50,438 nt of DNA, from the NCBI GenBank assembly GCA_049999805.1, contig JBNGIO010006212.1, positions 1 to 50,438 of the forward strand. The letters run 5' to 3'. This document shows positions 20,985-33,625 of this stretch, piece after piece. Origin of the DNA: Folioceros fuciformis. Its lineage: Eukaryota. The position numbers were made by a program, and so were the translations under genes. The notes under the pieces are model-generated. The model did not search any database, was not told where the DNA came from, and worked only from the letters and a program-made list of their open reading frames with translations. Within the stretch, counting starts at the first letter, position 1. Each line of letters begins with the position of its first letter.

Positions 20985-22378
20985 GCTTTCAAAGATATTC
21001 CATCTCTTTGAAAGCGCTCGTTTCCACTCTTCATTTTGCTGTTTGCATTAGAGCGTTCGCATAGCAGGCTTCAGCCTGGTCTCCAACGGTGATTGGTTGT
21101 GGTTGCAGAGACGGAGAGGTTCTTTACAGGTTGCGCTTTGCAAGTTCACGACCGTCTTTACCAATCGCTTCTGAAGCGAGTCGAGATCATCATTTCATTA
21201 AATGAGGAGCGACTCGAGATCATCCTTTCATTAAAATGTGTGTGGCAACGGCCGAGCATTTCTGGTACCTCCTGTGCTAGAGATGCCGGCAAAGGGGAGA
21301 AAGATCTTTACAATTTTTTGCGGTAACTCCGGTGTATTAAGTTACTGATCGGGACTTGTGGACGTGGACTACGACGGTCCTCGTTCTTAGAACACGGAAC
21401 TTTCCATTGAGTGCAGTGTGGAAGTGTACAAGGGGCATGCGGTTGAGGCCATTGGGTGAAGGTGCAAAAGGGGTTGTGGTTGAGGCGATCCCAGGTAAAG
21501 AAAGTCCTGTAGACCACTCTATTTGCCCTGAGACAGGGCGGACCCTGGAATCGAATCAATCGGTGCTTGGGTGGGATTCGCTTAGGGGCCATTGGAAGGG
21601 ATGAGCTGTGCAGGGAAGTGTTGCTCGGTATAGCAGGCGCCCCATTAGTTCAGGACCGGTGAGCCTGCAGGTTCGTGCAGCCATGGACAGCATTGAGTGA
21701 GTGTTAGTTGCAGGAGAAGGCGAGAGGGAATTCACAAGGTACCTGAAGGTATGGTGCACCCTTCCAGCCTGGTAAGCCCTGCTACATCATACTTGTTCAA
21801 TACAAAACGTTAGATGCAGATCAATTAACAGGAAAATAATTGTTCTCCGCCATGGCCACATATGTGGCCCTGATTGTACCACTTGCCTGTGGTTGGCGAA
21901 TGCTACATATGTTGCGCTCAGGAGAGATGCATCTGTACCCACATTCCACACTCCTTCTTAGGAACCAGCGCTTTCTGCGCTTTCTGTCAATCCATGAGTC
22001 AGGCTAGGATGCGTCATGACAGAACTGTGTGGGCCGGTTGCTTTGGTAGTTCTCGAAGGCTCTAGCTCAAATACCCCTTGTACAAGTACACTTACAAAAG
22101 AGTGGAGATCTGTGAGAATCCTTCCGTGCAATACTATTAGCCTGTGTGGGGTACCGGTTGCTATGGCAGTTCTCGCTGGCTCCAGCTCACATGGCCGTTG
22201 TTGAAGTACGCCTCTAAACACAGTGAGAGTTGGTGAAAGTTCTTGCTAGTGACACTACCTTATGAGGAGACGAACACGGTCAGAATGGTCCGTGCCCTAC
22301 CGCGTGTCGCTTATGTAGCTTGCTTCCTCCCTCATCCTCTCCCTAAGATCGTTGTTTGCAAGGTTTGTGCAACACTTG
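20985..22378 (+). repeat. Near-identical direct duplicate of ~48997-50438
   Basis: ORF translations are almost identical (21308-21592 vs 49320-49604; 21958-22221 vs 49970-50233). One ~50 bp indel near 22342/50352. Confidence 0.95.
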
Positions 22379-22944
22379 CTTGCAAACTTGACACCTCGTA
22401 GCGCCATGGCTGCTTCCGGCAATCTTTGAGTCAAACGATGTTTCCGTGCGTGTTTGTGCAGCAGAATACAGATTGTGCAGACTCTGCCGATGAAGAAGAT
22501 GAAAGCTGGTATAGCCCCACAAAGATTGCAGCGGCTGCCTGAGAATTCGGCGGAAGATCCTGTCATCATTCCAGCACACGGCTATGGGCATGGTAATGGT
22601 TGGAGCGTCCCGCAAGTCTTGCTGCAGACCGGTCGTCTTGTCCTGATACTGCTCCATCCGGTATAGTCGCTTGCTTGCCAGGCCACAAGAGCACCTGAAG
22701 ATAGTTTGAATCTGATGGGGACCCTGGCCCGGCGGGTTTTTAGGCAAATGCAATGCACATGATGCAGCATGGCAGGACTGGAATTGATGTGGTTGGATCG
22801 GTGGTTGAGCTCCTGCACTTCTTCAACGACCGTGTGGGCACGTAGTGGGCAGGTCTTCAACATGGGACACGTCCTTCTTACACGCGGTGGCAGGGTTCTT
22901 GTGGCTGGCGCCCGCTTCTAGGCCTCGCACATTCTTGTGGGGAG

Positions 22945-23245
22945 ACTTAATTTTAACGACCACAAGCTGGTCTTACCGCTCTTCAAAGCCTTGAATATCG
23001 TCGACGGTGGAGACTCTTCGAACGACGACGTGAATGGGTGGTTGCAAGAATCGCCCAGGCTTGTGGTGATACTTGCTTTGAACGGTCATGAACCGGTCTT
23101 ACAGCTCTTGAAAGCCTGTATGCGGAGGTGAAGCTTATTCAACGATCATGTAAGTGGGTGGTTCCAATAATCGCTCATGTTGGTGTTCATACATGGTTGG
23201 AACGACCATAAGCTGTTCTTACAGCTCTGAAGAGCTTGCGTGTGG
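22945..23245. repeat. Degenerate ~120 bp unit, about 2.5 tandem copies
   Basis: AACGACCA(C/T)AAGCTG.TCTTAC(C/A)GCTCT recurs at ~22955, ~23080 and ~23200; GAATGGGTGGTTGCAAGAATCGC and AAGTGGGTGGTTCCAATAATCGC are paired copies. Confidence 0.65.
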
Positions 23246-23599
23246 AGTTGATGCGGATTGGAGCTTCACTTGCTCCACCCACAGGAAGCAGCTCCTCCCA
23301 CCTCTCTCGGCAAAAGTATTGTCAGCGGGTACTCGCTCCAATATGCCTTTCACCTCCTAGCTAGGATTTCCAGATTTTATGTTCCAGCCCTCTTCCAAGC
23401 TTTGGTGGTGACGTGTTCCAAGGGCTACATACCCACTGGTATTAGACCTCTGAAGTACGCATTGCCAGGCCTGGCCGAGTCCTCGCATGGCCAGGCCTGC
23501 TTGGCCGTAAATCTAGATTCCTGTCTGATTCAGAGCTTCAGTTGCAAACTTTGCCTTGAGCTTACAAGCATGGATCGGGCATAAAAAAAACTGCAGTTT

Positions 23600-24340
23600 C
23601 GATGTCTCGAGCGAATGCACGGATGTTTGATCCGAGCATGCTGCACAGGCTGATATCCAGAATATTCTGATGATTTTTCCCGGGCAGGCTACATACAGTA
23701 GTTTTCCATGATGGTTGCCCATGTTTGGCAAGGACAAGATAAGCAGGCGGTAAGCCTTTGTGAAGTGTGCAGTGTGAAGCCGAATAGTACTGTTTTTTGT
23801 CTCTTGCCTTCAGGCTTGTGGAAGGAAAGGAGATTTGGAAGACTGGGCACGACTTGCTTGCTGATGTATTGGCCAGTGGCTTTAACGCTGAGATCCTAAT
23901 TTTTTCATCTGGAATAGCTCGGAGGACGTACATGTTTGCAATTTGTGGGGAATTGGAAGACGCTCAAAGAGTCTTCCGACGGAGACGGACTTGCTCAAAC
24001 AGATGTGATGGCAGAGAAGCCATGACATGAGGGGATTCTCAGCAGGGTATGGGCCATGAAGGTCTTCGTCTGTACATTGTGACGCAAGTGGAAGGCAAGC
24101 TTGGTTGAACCAGATACTGTGGCATTTGTTTGCCTTCTTAAAGCATGTGGAAATGTGGCACCTTTGCATCTGGGAGCTTAGGCAGCTTCGTCCAGCCGTC
24201 AGCACGAGAAGAGAGTTTTGTTACTGGGAGCCAAGTGATTGCAAAGCACACTCGTCGAGGAGACACTGAGGAGGTCTTCGTCTTGTTTGAGAAAATCATA
24301 AGGGATGGCGTACAGCCCGGCGGCTCCACTTCCTTTGCTG
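23600..24340 (+). pseudogene. Fragmented PLS-PPR pseudogene related to the PPR at 9270-12560
   Basis: Frameshifted pieces AHVWQGQDKQAVSL, ADVLASGF, MFAICGELEDAQRVF, SQQGMGHEGLRLY and GDTEEVFVLFEKIIRDGVQPGG are collinear with AHVKHGQDRQAITL, ADLLASGF, MYAKCGSLADAQRVF, SQQGMGQEALLLY and GDSELVFELVHKMTEDGIQPVG. Confidence 0.8.
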
Positions 24341-24514
24341 CGTGGCATACACCGAAGCCTATACGTGGCAGTAGACGCAGAAGCAACGCTTTTCGGTTTA
24401 AGGATAGGATTTCTTCTGAGAATGAGCTATTCTGGACAATGTGGAAAGACAATGTATATACATGTAGCTTTTTCAATAGCAGATTCATCGGATGATGGGA
24501 AGGAAGACCATGTG

Positions 24515-27500
24515 TTCAAGAGATTCCTCTCTCACCCCCATTTCTTGAGGGCATTAATACGGAGAGACTGAGGTGGAAATAGATTTGTCGACCTTCACCA
24601 GAAGTCCCGAAGTCTCAACATCCTCAAGTGAGCTGCCCCTTCCGCTAGTCTGGTCTGGTGTGGTATATTTGGCAAGGGAAACCCTTTTGTATTTTTGCAC
24701 CGACCGCCTGTTGCACCGCCACTGGATCGTCGAGCCCTGAGTCAGTCTGCGAGGCTGTTGATTCGTTGTCATGAGGAGCTCCCTGGGGGGTTCATGACAT
24801 GGATTCGTTATGGACTTGGACTGGAGCCGGTGGCGACCCTGTGCTCACTGCCTGAAGAGTTTGTCTCGTATACATATGTTGCCTTCCCATGTAGCAGCAA
24901 CCCGGGCGGGCTTCTCATTGACAACTTTTCTGACATGAGAGTGTGTGCGGTGTCGAGATCCACGGGTTCACTATGCTCTCTGTGATTTTGCCTCTCACGT
25001 CGTGAAGGGAGCAAGCCCTGCGGATCTCAAGTGTGCAAAGAGCTGGCAAGGCCAATTTGTAACAGCGCAGTCGTGTAGACTAGGTCTAGCTTGCACCCGG
25101 CTAATGCATGATACAAGCGTGTTTCCTCTTTCTTGTTCTGTTTGAGGCACTCAGCGATCATGAAACAGGTCCCTCTCTTGCTTGAGCAGCATGGAGAGCA
25201 TGAAGCCTAGCGGGCACGGAACACATTTAATGTCCTATCAGGCCGGCCACAGTGTTGCAGATTCAGCCTGCAAACAGGCCTTCTCATGACTTCCACCCGT
25301 CGCACACGTGGTGGTGTCATATGGCCGCTGTGTTGAAACAATTGCTTGTTTTCGTTATTCTTGTCGGGGAACTCGGCTACGGTCAGCCTAATCTGTTCTC
25401 GCAACAGCACGTGATTGCAATGTTGGAGCTGCCCATAAGCGCTAGCCGGTCTGTGATCGGCCTGTTGGCATAGGAGCAGGAGAGTTAGAACAACCCACAG
25501 CTTGAAGTTGTGTGGATGGGTTGGCCCAGCAAGCCAACGTGACTGCCCCTCCATGAAGTTAAGTTTGACACTCAGCTTTTGATAAAGTCAGTTGTGAAAC
25601 TTGTATTTAGATGTGTGGCACCGAGTGCTTCGGATGCACTCAGCTTTCGATGAAGTCAGTTGTGAAACTTGTATTTAGATGTGTGCCACCGAGTGCTTTG
25701 GATGCAAATTGTAGATGGCTGGGATTAATGGGAGTGAATGCAAGGAAAGCTGGATTGTGAAGGGAAGAGAATCTTTGTATCCAAGTGGTGAGGCTAAGTA
25801 TGGTGGATGGGCATTCTTTTGCGCAGAGATTACATATCCCTTGTGTCGTGTCGAGAGAGACTAAGTGGGGTAGGTGAAAGTCCTATCCTGCCAGAGATTT
25901 GCATAGGTTCTCTCCCTTGTATTGTATTATATCGGGAAGTGAGACCCTAAGTGGAGTAGATGAGAGTTGTTTTGTGCAAGACTACGAACCATTGGACACA
26001 CGCTCAGGATCGTCCGTGCCCTACCCCGTGGCTCCCCACACGGCCTCTATATTCCTTCTTCCACCAGCCAGCTGGAGTCGACCAGCCTGGTGTTATGGTG
26101 CAGTCTCCTTGTGGAGAGACTCCGCTCATCACCTCCCATTACTCTCCTTGTGTAGCGGAATGCGCTAATCGCCTCCCTGCGGCCAAACGCATGGGTTGCC
26201 TTGGTGGCTAGAAACATTACATCCGTGGACTTCGCTGGTGGTTTCTCGTCTGCCTTGGATGCCAGACTTGTAAGCGAGCTGGAGCGCCCGGAGCCTCGCA
26301 ATCTCTTGCCGCTTCGGTTCCGGTAGATTTGTGCCCAGCACGGACATGGGGAGCTTTTGTTGAGGCAGGTAGCCTGGGGCTGTTCCCGCTCGTATTCATG
26401 ACCAGGCCTCCATCGCAGGCCTGTAGGCCTGTCTGCAGCCTTCACGTCCATGTGCTTCCTTGCTCTCAGGTGATTTCCGTTGCATGCCCAGCTCTGCCTG
26501 TTTCCGCTTTGGTCTTGTCTTGTGTTCTCCACAGAGAGTGGTGTGTTGGGGCTTGTGTAACCTAGTGCTGCAATGTGTATACCGGGTCCCGTCAGCCCAG
26601 CGGCGGTTATGATATGTCATACTGCTAGCCTGTTGTTTGCACTATTTCGATTTATTCTCGTGGTGCGGCGGTCGAGGTCGTGGTTCGAGTACGTACTTTG
26701 CAGCAATGGTCGTTCGCCCGTTAGGAAGTTGACTTGTGTTGAGTTTGTGGGTTTCCTAACGATAATAAAAAGTTGCTGCAGACATCTACCGTTCTTCCTC
26801 TTCTTGCTTAGAGACCTGAGTATGCTGTTATCATCATGATGGTTTGCTTGGAAGACACGGAGAAGAAAATATAGGGTGTTGTTTGCAGGGACTGTGCAAA
26901 AGTTGCTTGCAATCTTAATACTTGTTGATGTGGTGAAGCTAAAATATGTGCCGTGTGGTCTTTGTGCAGAAGGCACATTGTGTTGTGGGGTCCCCAGACG
27001 AGCCCGTTGGAAGCCTCACAAGGATCACAGCCCGTTACTTGGGCGGAAGATGTCTTGCACAAACATTTTATCGCAAGCCTGCCAGCAGCCGCCTGTGCAT
27101 ATGGCTGGAGCGACAACCAGTGTTGCAACAGCAGCCGCCTCAACGTGGGCGCTGTTACGACAAAATCGAGGGATGGAGGAGGAGCCCAGAAGCAGACGCA
27201 GCTCCTTTCCTCCATCGTTGTCCAGAAGGCGCAGGAGGAATAGCCTTTCTCCAGAAGGAAGAAAGACGATAACTTGCAGGCATGCGCAGAACATTCACAA
27301 ACCTTTCTCGAGGGGAGAGACAAGCCGAGGAGCAACTTCGTGGAATTGTCCTCCCTTTCGTTAGACGATTGTGAAGAACGGGAGCCGGTTCGTATTCTTC
27401 TGCCATCTTTTTCTTTTCGGGTCGTAGGTTTGACACAGTTCAACTCTTTGAAGGGTTCGTTTTCAGAAATTTCATCTCTTTCAAGCGCCCGTTTCCACCT

Positions 27501-28930
27501 CTCCATTGCGCTGATTGCGTCAGAGCTTTTGCAGAACAGGCTTAAGCCTTGCCTTTACATTCATGACGAACCCGTCATTTCTTGTGGTTGCAGTGACGAA
27601 GAGGATCTTTCCAAATTGCGTCTTGCAAGCTGAAGATCTTCTTTCACAATCGCTCCTAAAGGCACCCGAGATCATCACTTCATTAAAATGTGTGTGGGAA
27701 CCGACGAGCATTTCTGGTAGCTCTTGTGGTAGAAACGTCGGACGAGGAGATCATTCCATATATTTTTGGTCCCTTTTGTGCATTAGGTTACCTACCGATA
27801 GGGGCTCGTAGACATGGACTACGACGGTCCACGTTCTGAGAACACGGACCTTTCCATTGAGTGCAGAGAGGAATTGAACAATGGGTTTGTTGTTGAGGCC
27901 ATTGCGTGGAGGTGTATGAGGGGGTTGTGGTTGAGACGATCCCTGCTAAAGAAAGGCCTGCAGACCAGTCTATTTGCTGGCGGTCAGAATCGAATCAATC
28001 AGTCGGTGCTTGTGTTGGATTCGCTTACGGGCAATGCGACGGGATGAGCTGTGCAGGGAGGCGTTGCTGGGTATAGCAGGCGCCCAACTTGTTCAGGACC
28101 AGTGAACCTCGAGGTTCGTGAAGCCATGGACGGGCGTCGAAAGAAGGCAGCTTTATCGAATAGATGTACCAATCGGAAACCTCGAAGTAATTTCACATTA
28201 GCTACAATCCTGACCCTTGCATCTTGCGACGCAATGGAAACCCCTGTGCAGTCTGCGACCAAACCCGAATTGATGACACCTGTACACGCAGTCGCATCAT
28301 ATGTTGAACTCAAGATCCATGACAACGGCAGGAGTGCGCTCTCCATCCACTGTGACTGATCTCTAAATAGTCCTAATCGTTATCGAATGGAGCGATCTAA
28401 GCTTGACGGTTTTTCTACGGGGGACCATCCTTTCCCTTCGGTCGACATGCAGGGATGGAACATTTCACACTTACTCGGAAACGTTTCACTCGATCTCTTA
28501 TTGACTCCACACGCAGGGACGGAACATGTCACACTCAGAAACGTGTGGCTCTTTCAGAATCGTCCCTGCCCTACCCGGCGCCGGGCGGCGGCTCCCACGT
28601 CGTCTCCATTACCCTCCTTCCACCGGATATCTTTTGGGCTACGATGTTTCAATCTGCCACGGCGCTGTCGTGGCTCTCTTGCAAGTGGAATGCGCCATCA
28701 TTCCTTCCTGTGGAGCCCGCGCTGTGCATGAGGCCGTGCCACGCCTTGCTTTGTCGAGACACTCTTTGTCTGGACCTCACACTTCATTCCTCGGTCTGCC
28801 CTGCACGTCGGACCTGTAAGTGAGCTCGCGCCTGGGGAGTTTTGCAACCAGCCAGGCTCGAGCCTGCCCGCAGCGGTTCCTGTTTTGTGTCTTGGGCAGT
28901 GCTGGATGTGCTCAGGCTGTGGCTGCTTAC
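24515..28930 (+). repeat. Longest copy of an unclassified dispersed repeat family, with a ~0.9 kb extra segment at ~24785-25705
   Basis: Collinear similarity to 29694-30360 and 47320-49700 (direct) and to 30425-32400 and 19620-20672 (inverted). No conserved intact ORF. Confidence 0.8.
25568..25706. repeat. 69 bp tandem duplication
   Basis: CACTCAGCTTT.GAT.AAGTCAGTTGTGAAACTTGTATTTAGATGTGTG.CACCGAGTGCTT.GGATG twice. Confidence 0.9.
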
Positions 28931-29693
28931 CTTACCGAGGCTATATAGAAAATGCAACAACTATAACCATTTCATAAAGTTATTTTTTTATTATTGAGAT
29001 GAAAAGTCCCATCTACTCTTGGTAGAGGACAACGCGAGCTAGGCCCAAGGCCAACCACTCCAGCAGGGCCCAAGCCCAACAACTCCAGCAGGGCCAAAGG
29101 TACGAGCTCCTTCGAACACTTCGAGAGGTTAGATCCGCCTAACAAAATAAGGCAGAAAAGAGACATGTTCATAGAGGTACCAAGGGTCTAAAATTTCAAT
29201 CTGGGAGGGAAGGGTCTAAACTTTCGAGAAGGCCTTCCACACTTGCTTGGACGGTATTTTAAACGAAGGTGGACCAGAGATGCTAAGCCCTTCGGGTCAT
29301 TGGACGAAAGAGACCAAGCTCTCTACCGGAGAATGTGTCAAAGTTTGGTTTAGCGGCGTAGTGGCATTCTATTCCATGCATATTTCGAGGACCCGATTGA
29401 TCTAAACCCCAGAACTCCGAACAAAAATTCGCATGACCGAAATAGGGCTAGCTAAACATTGTTAAAGCTCCACTTTCCCGGCCTTCGTTCAGTGTTTCAT
29501 ACCAGTACTGCAAAAGCGGATGCCATTGGCCACCATCGGTCAGCTGTCAAGAGGATAATTTGGGGAAAGTGTGAGAAACAAATATCTAAGTGTTTGAATT
29601 GTGCTAGCATTACCTTCAGCAATCCTCCACTTGCCCGCGCTTCAACTTGAGCCTCGGCATCAGCTTTGTAAAGCAATTGGTCTTGTCCATTCA

Positions 29694-30360
29694 CGAGATT
29701 CCTCTCTCACGCACATTTCTTGAGGGCATTAAGACGGAGAGACTGAGTTGGAAATAGATTTGTGATTTGTCCACCTTCACCAGAAGTCCCGAAGTCTCAA
29801 CTTCCTCAAGTGAGCTGCCCCTTCCGCTAGTCTGCTCTGGTGTGGTATATTTGGCAAGGGAAACCCTTTTGTATTTTTGCACCGACCGCCTATTGCACCG
29901 CCACTGGATCGTCGAGCCCTGAGTCAGTCTTCGAGGCTGTTGATTCGTTGTCATGAGGAGCTCCCTGAAGGGCAACGGCACCCTCCATTGCAGTTTGTAG
30001 ATGGCTGGGATGAATGAGGGTGATTGCAAGGAAAACTAGGTTGTGAAGGGAAGAGAATCTTTGTATCCAAGTCGTGAGACCAAGTCTGGTAGATGAGCAT
30101 TCGTTTGAGCAGAGATTACAGATCCCTTGTGTCGTGTCGTGTGGCGTCGCGTAGAGGAACGAGACCAAGTGGGGTAGGTGAAAGTCCCTTCCTTCGAGAG
30201 ATTGCATATGATTCTCTCCCTTATGTTGTGTTGTGGAATGAGACCAAGCTTTCATGCAAGACTACATCACTCCTGACGGGGACGAGCATAGATTTACTCA
30301 AACTCAGAAACGTTAGACGCACACTCAGAATCGTCCGTGCCCTTCCCGGTGGCTCCCCAA
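29694..30360 (+). repeat. Partial direct copy of the unclassified repeat
   Basis: 29694-29967 is nearly identical to 24515-24785, then runs into the GTAGATGGCTGGGAT...GTCCGTGCCCT block. Confidence 0.85.
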
Positions 30361-30424
30361 AGTTTGCAGCGCCGGGTACCTTGAAAATTCCCTATAGCCT
30401 TCCCCTGCAACAAAACACTCACTA

Positions 30425-32400
30425 AATGCTATCCATGGGAACACCAACGTCGAGGTTCACAAGATCCTGAACAAGTCGGTCGCCAGGTATCCCAAGCAAC
30501 GCATCCTTGCACAGCTCATCCCGGAATGAGGACCGTGATAGTCCACGTGCAAGAGTCCCCATCAAGTAACTTGATACACCAAATTTATCGCAAATGTATG
30601 TAATTTGATCGTCTCTTCGTCCAGCATCTCCACCACAGCAGCTACCGACAATGCTCGGTTCCCACATAAATTTCATTCAAATGATGACCTCGAGCAACTT
30701 CAGCTGGGGGATGTCGAAGAGAAGACGATCTTCAGCTTGGAAGACGCAATCTGGAAAAGAACCAACGGGATATCGAAGACGATCTTCAGCTTGGAAGACG
30801 GAGTCCCAAAACGAAGCCTATAGGTCACTGCAACCACAATGAATCACCGTGTGAAGGGAAGGCTCAAGCCTGGTCTGCAAAATCTCTAGTGCACACAACA
30901 GAATGAAGAGTGAAAACGAGCGCGCTTGAAAGAGATGAAACTTGTCATAGCTAGGAACGGGGAAGGTGAAGGAAGATTACCATCGGACTCCAATTCTATA
31001 AGCCTTCGGTTTTTTCGGACTCCAATTCTTCCCGATCGTTTAATGAAAGGGAGGGCAATTCCTGGGAGCTGCTCCGCTCCTCTTCCCCCCTCAAGACTGT
31101 GAAACTCTCTATGCATCTAGCTCCCGAGTTTTCACGTCTTTGTCTCCGCTGGTTGCTACCACCGTACCCGCTATTGCTCCTGCTACTCCTGCGCTTGCTA
31201 GCAGGCCCCCAATAGACGGTTTGTGAGAGGCATCTTCCGCCCAATTCACGGGCTGTTAGCTCTGTGGGGCTTCCATCTTGCTCGTCCGGAGAGCCCACAC
31301 AATCTGCCTTCTGCACAGGAACGCACACGAGCAACGTTTTAGCTTAACGATTTCCGGGCACACCATGCCACAACAACGCCACAACAAGTATTTTGAGTGC
31401 AAGAATCTCTTGCCAAGACCCGGCAACAACACTCTATATTTTTCTTCTCCCTGCAAAACATGATCACGATAACAACATACTTAGGTCCGTGAGCAAGAAG
31501 GAAGAAAGCTAGATATTCTCCTTCAACTGTGTGTTAAGCTTACAAACTCAATACCAGTCGTACTCGATCCGCGACCTCAGCCCGCCACACCACAACAAAA
31601 AATCAAAGAGTGCAAACGACAGCCCAGAAGGTATGACGTAACATAACCGCCGCCCGGCTGGCGGGTATGCGCATTGCAGCACTAGGACACACAAGCCCAA
31701 CACACCACTCTCAGCGGAGAACACAGGACAAGAGCGAGGTAGGAACAGGCAGAGCAGAGTATGGAACGCAAATCACCTCAGAGGAAGGCAGCACATGGAC
31801 GTGAAGGCGGCAGACAGGCCTACTGGCTTGTGGTAGAGGACCGGTCATGAACACAAGCGGGAACAGCCCAAGAGTACGCGCGTCAAGCAGGCGGGGAGAA
31901 GCTTCGCATGTTCGTGCTGGATACAGATTTCCTTGCAAGATTCAGGACGCTCCAGCTCGCTTGCAAGTCTGGTATCTAGTACAGACTCACGAATCGAAAG
32001 CCCTCTCCAGACGGAATGTTTCTACACAAGGAGGAGATAAGCGCATTCCGATCCACAAGGAGACTTGCACAGGAACACCAGGCTGGCCAATTGCTGGCTG
32101 GTGGAAGAAGGAATATGGAGGACATCAGCGAGCCGCCGCATAGGGCACGGACAATTCTGAAGGAGCGTCTAACTCCTTTGAGTTTGCGGAAACCTATGGT
32201 CTTCCGCCCGACACGAGTCACGTAGTCTTGCACGGAAGGACTTTCACCTACCATACTTTAGTCTCACTCTCTCACCACAACACACCATAAGGGCTATATA
32301 ATCTCTCTCGTGAAAAGAACTCTCAACCATCTTACTTGTTTCACTCTATATAACACAAGGATATATGTTCTCTCCGCAAAAGTAAGCCTGTCCACAGTCT
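30425..32400 (-). repeat. Diverged inverted copy of the unclassified repeat
   Basis: Reverse-complement matches to ~25770-28130; for example ORF 31711-31938(-) aligns with 26329-26565(+) and 47896-48141(+). Confidence 0.8.
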
Positions 32401-32840
32401 CATCACCCAGATAGCAAGGTTATCTTCCCTTCAAAAGTGAGTTTTTCTTGCCATGTACATTGTGCATCCAACACACTTGATAATATTTAAGGTCAATGCA
32501 CCAATCATGATTTTTAGAATAATTAAAATTTATATTATTTCTTTTAAAATTTTAACTCCTAACAATTTATGGTAATATACCTTGGAAATATACCTTTTCA
32601 TGCATAAGCAAAGAAAAATTCTATTAGAATTGACTAGAGATGGATCACTTCATGGGACTTGGTACTATACCAACCAATGATGCCATCATGGGACTTCGTA
32701 CTTAGTAGCTTGTACTAGTATTAGTGGATTCCAATCTTGGAACTTGGTACTTAAGAACTTCAACAACTCATACTAATGATTTATGAAACTTAGTAGTGGA
32801 TTTCCACCTTGAGACTTGGTACAGAACAATGTTCAACAAC

Positions 32841-33625
32841 TATGGGCGAGCAGGTATGGTACCCCTACCAGACACCCGCTCACATGTATCATGGCTACAT
32901 CAATCCTACGGTCATAGTAGGCTTCCCTGGATGCTCCCTTCAAGTCTTGTCAGCTCCCTCCAACTACGTCTATCGTTCCCCTATGACAGTCAGCACTCCC
33001 AATCACAGACTTACCAATCCTGCAACACGTCCAAACAATGAGAGAGCACCATTTCCTCATTTAGAAAGACCCTAGTACTCCCCTTACCAATTTACCTATG
33101 ACATCTTCCTCAACCTAACAAAGTAGCTGCTTATCTCCCTATGTTCAACAACCAACAAATTTTTTCCTTGGCCGGTTGCTGCATGCTTGCACCTATTAGC
33201 AAGAACTTCCAAGGAGTCTTTCCCTAGAGTCTACCCTCAAGCCAACAATCATAAAGGTATCGCCACACAACTACGGCAAAGCAACTCACACAACAACCAT
33301 TCACAAGGGAAGCAACTTGCAAGGATGCCCATAGAAAAATGTGAGCCCTCCACCAAGCACTTCAACCACTGCAACTCTAGCCACAACCAGGTGTTATGAT
33401 GGCACACAGCTGGCAACGAGATTCCTATGCTCTACTAAGCATGAGGACTCACCATGAGTAGAGTGTAGAATGTGATGGTTCATTTCTTTATGTAGCCTCG
33501 TCTTATAGGAGAGATCGACACATGAACCCTCCCCTAAATGTAGGTGGTGGGCTAGCCCCCTGTCACACTACCCGCCACCAACTTCAATTACGCACACCTA
33601 CCAAGAGACTAAAACCTAGCAATAA
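32841..33625 (-). mobile_element. Truncated, diverged inverted copy of the ~2 kb LTR (family X)
   Basis: Starts TATGGGCGAGCAGGTATGGTACCCCTACC, close to the reverse complement of the LTR 3' end at 42214 and 47111. Confidence 0.8.

Noticed and set aside
26808-27506. 232-aa ORF in the unclassified repeat
   Set aside because: The frame is not preserved in the 31 kb and 48-49 kb copies, and it has no recognisable motif.
28935-29690. Possible transposon end or gene fragment
   Set aside because: Only a short direct repeat (CAAC(C/A)ACTCCAGCAGGGCC twice); no termini or homology that I can support.
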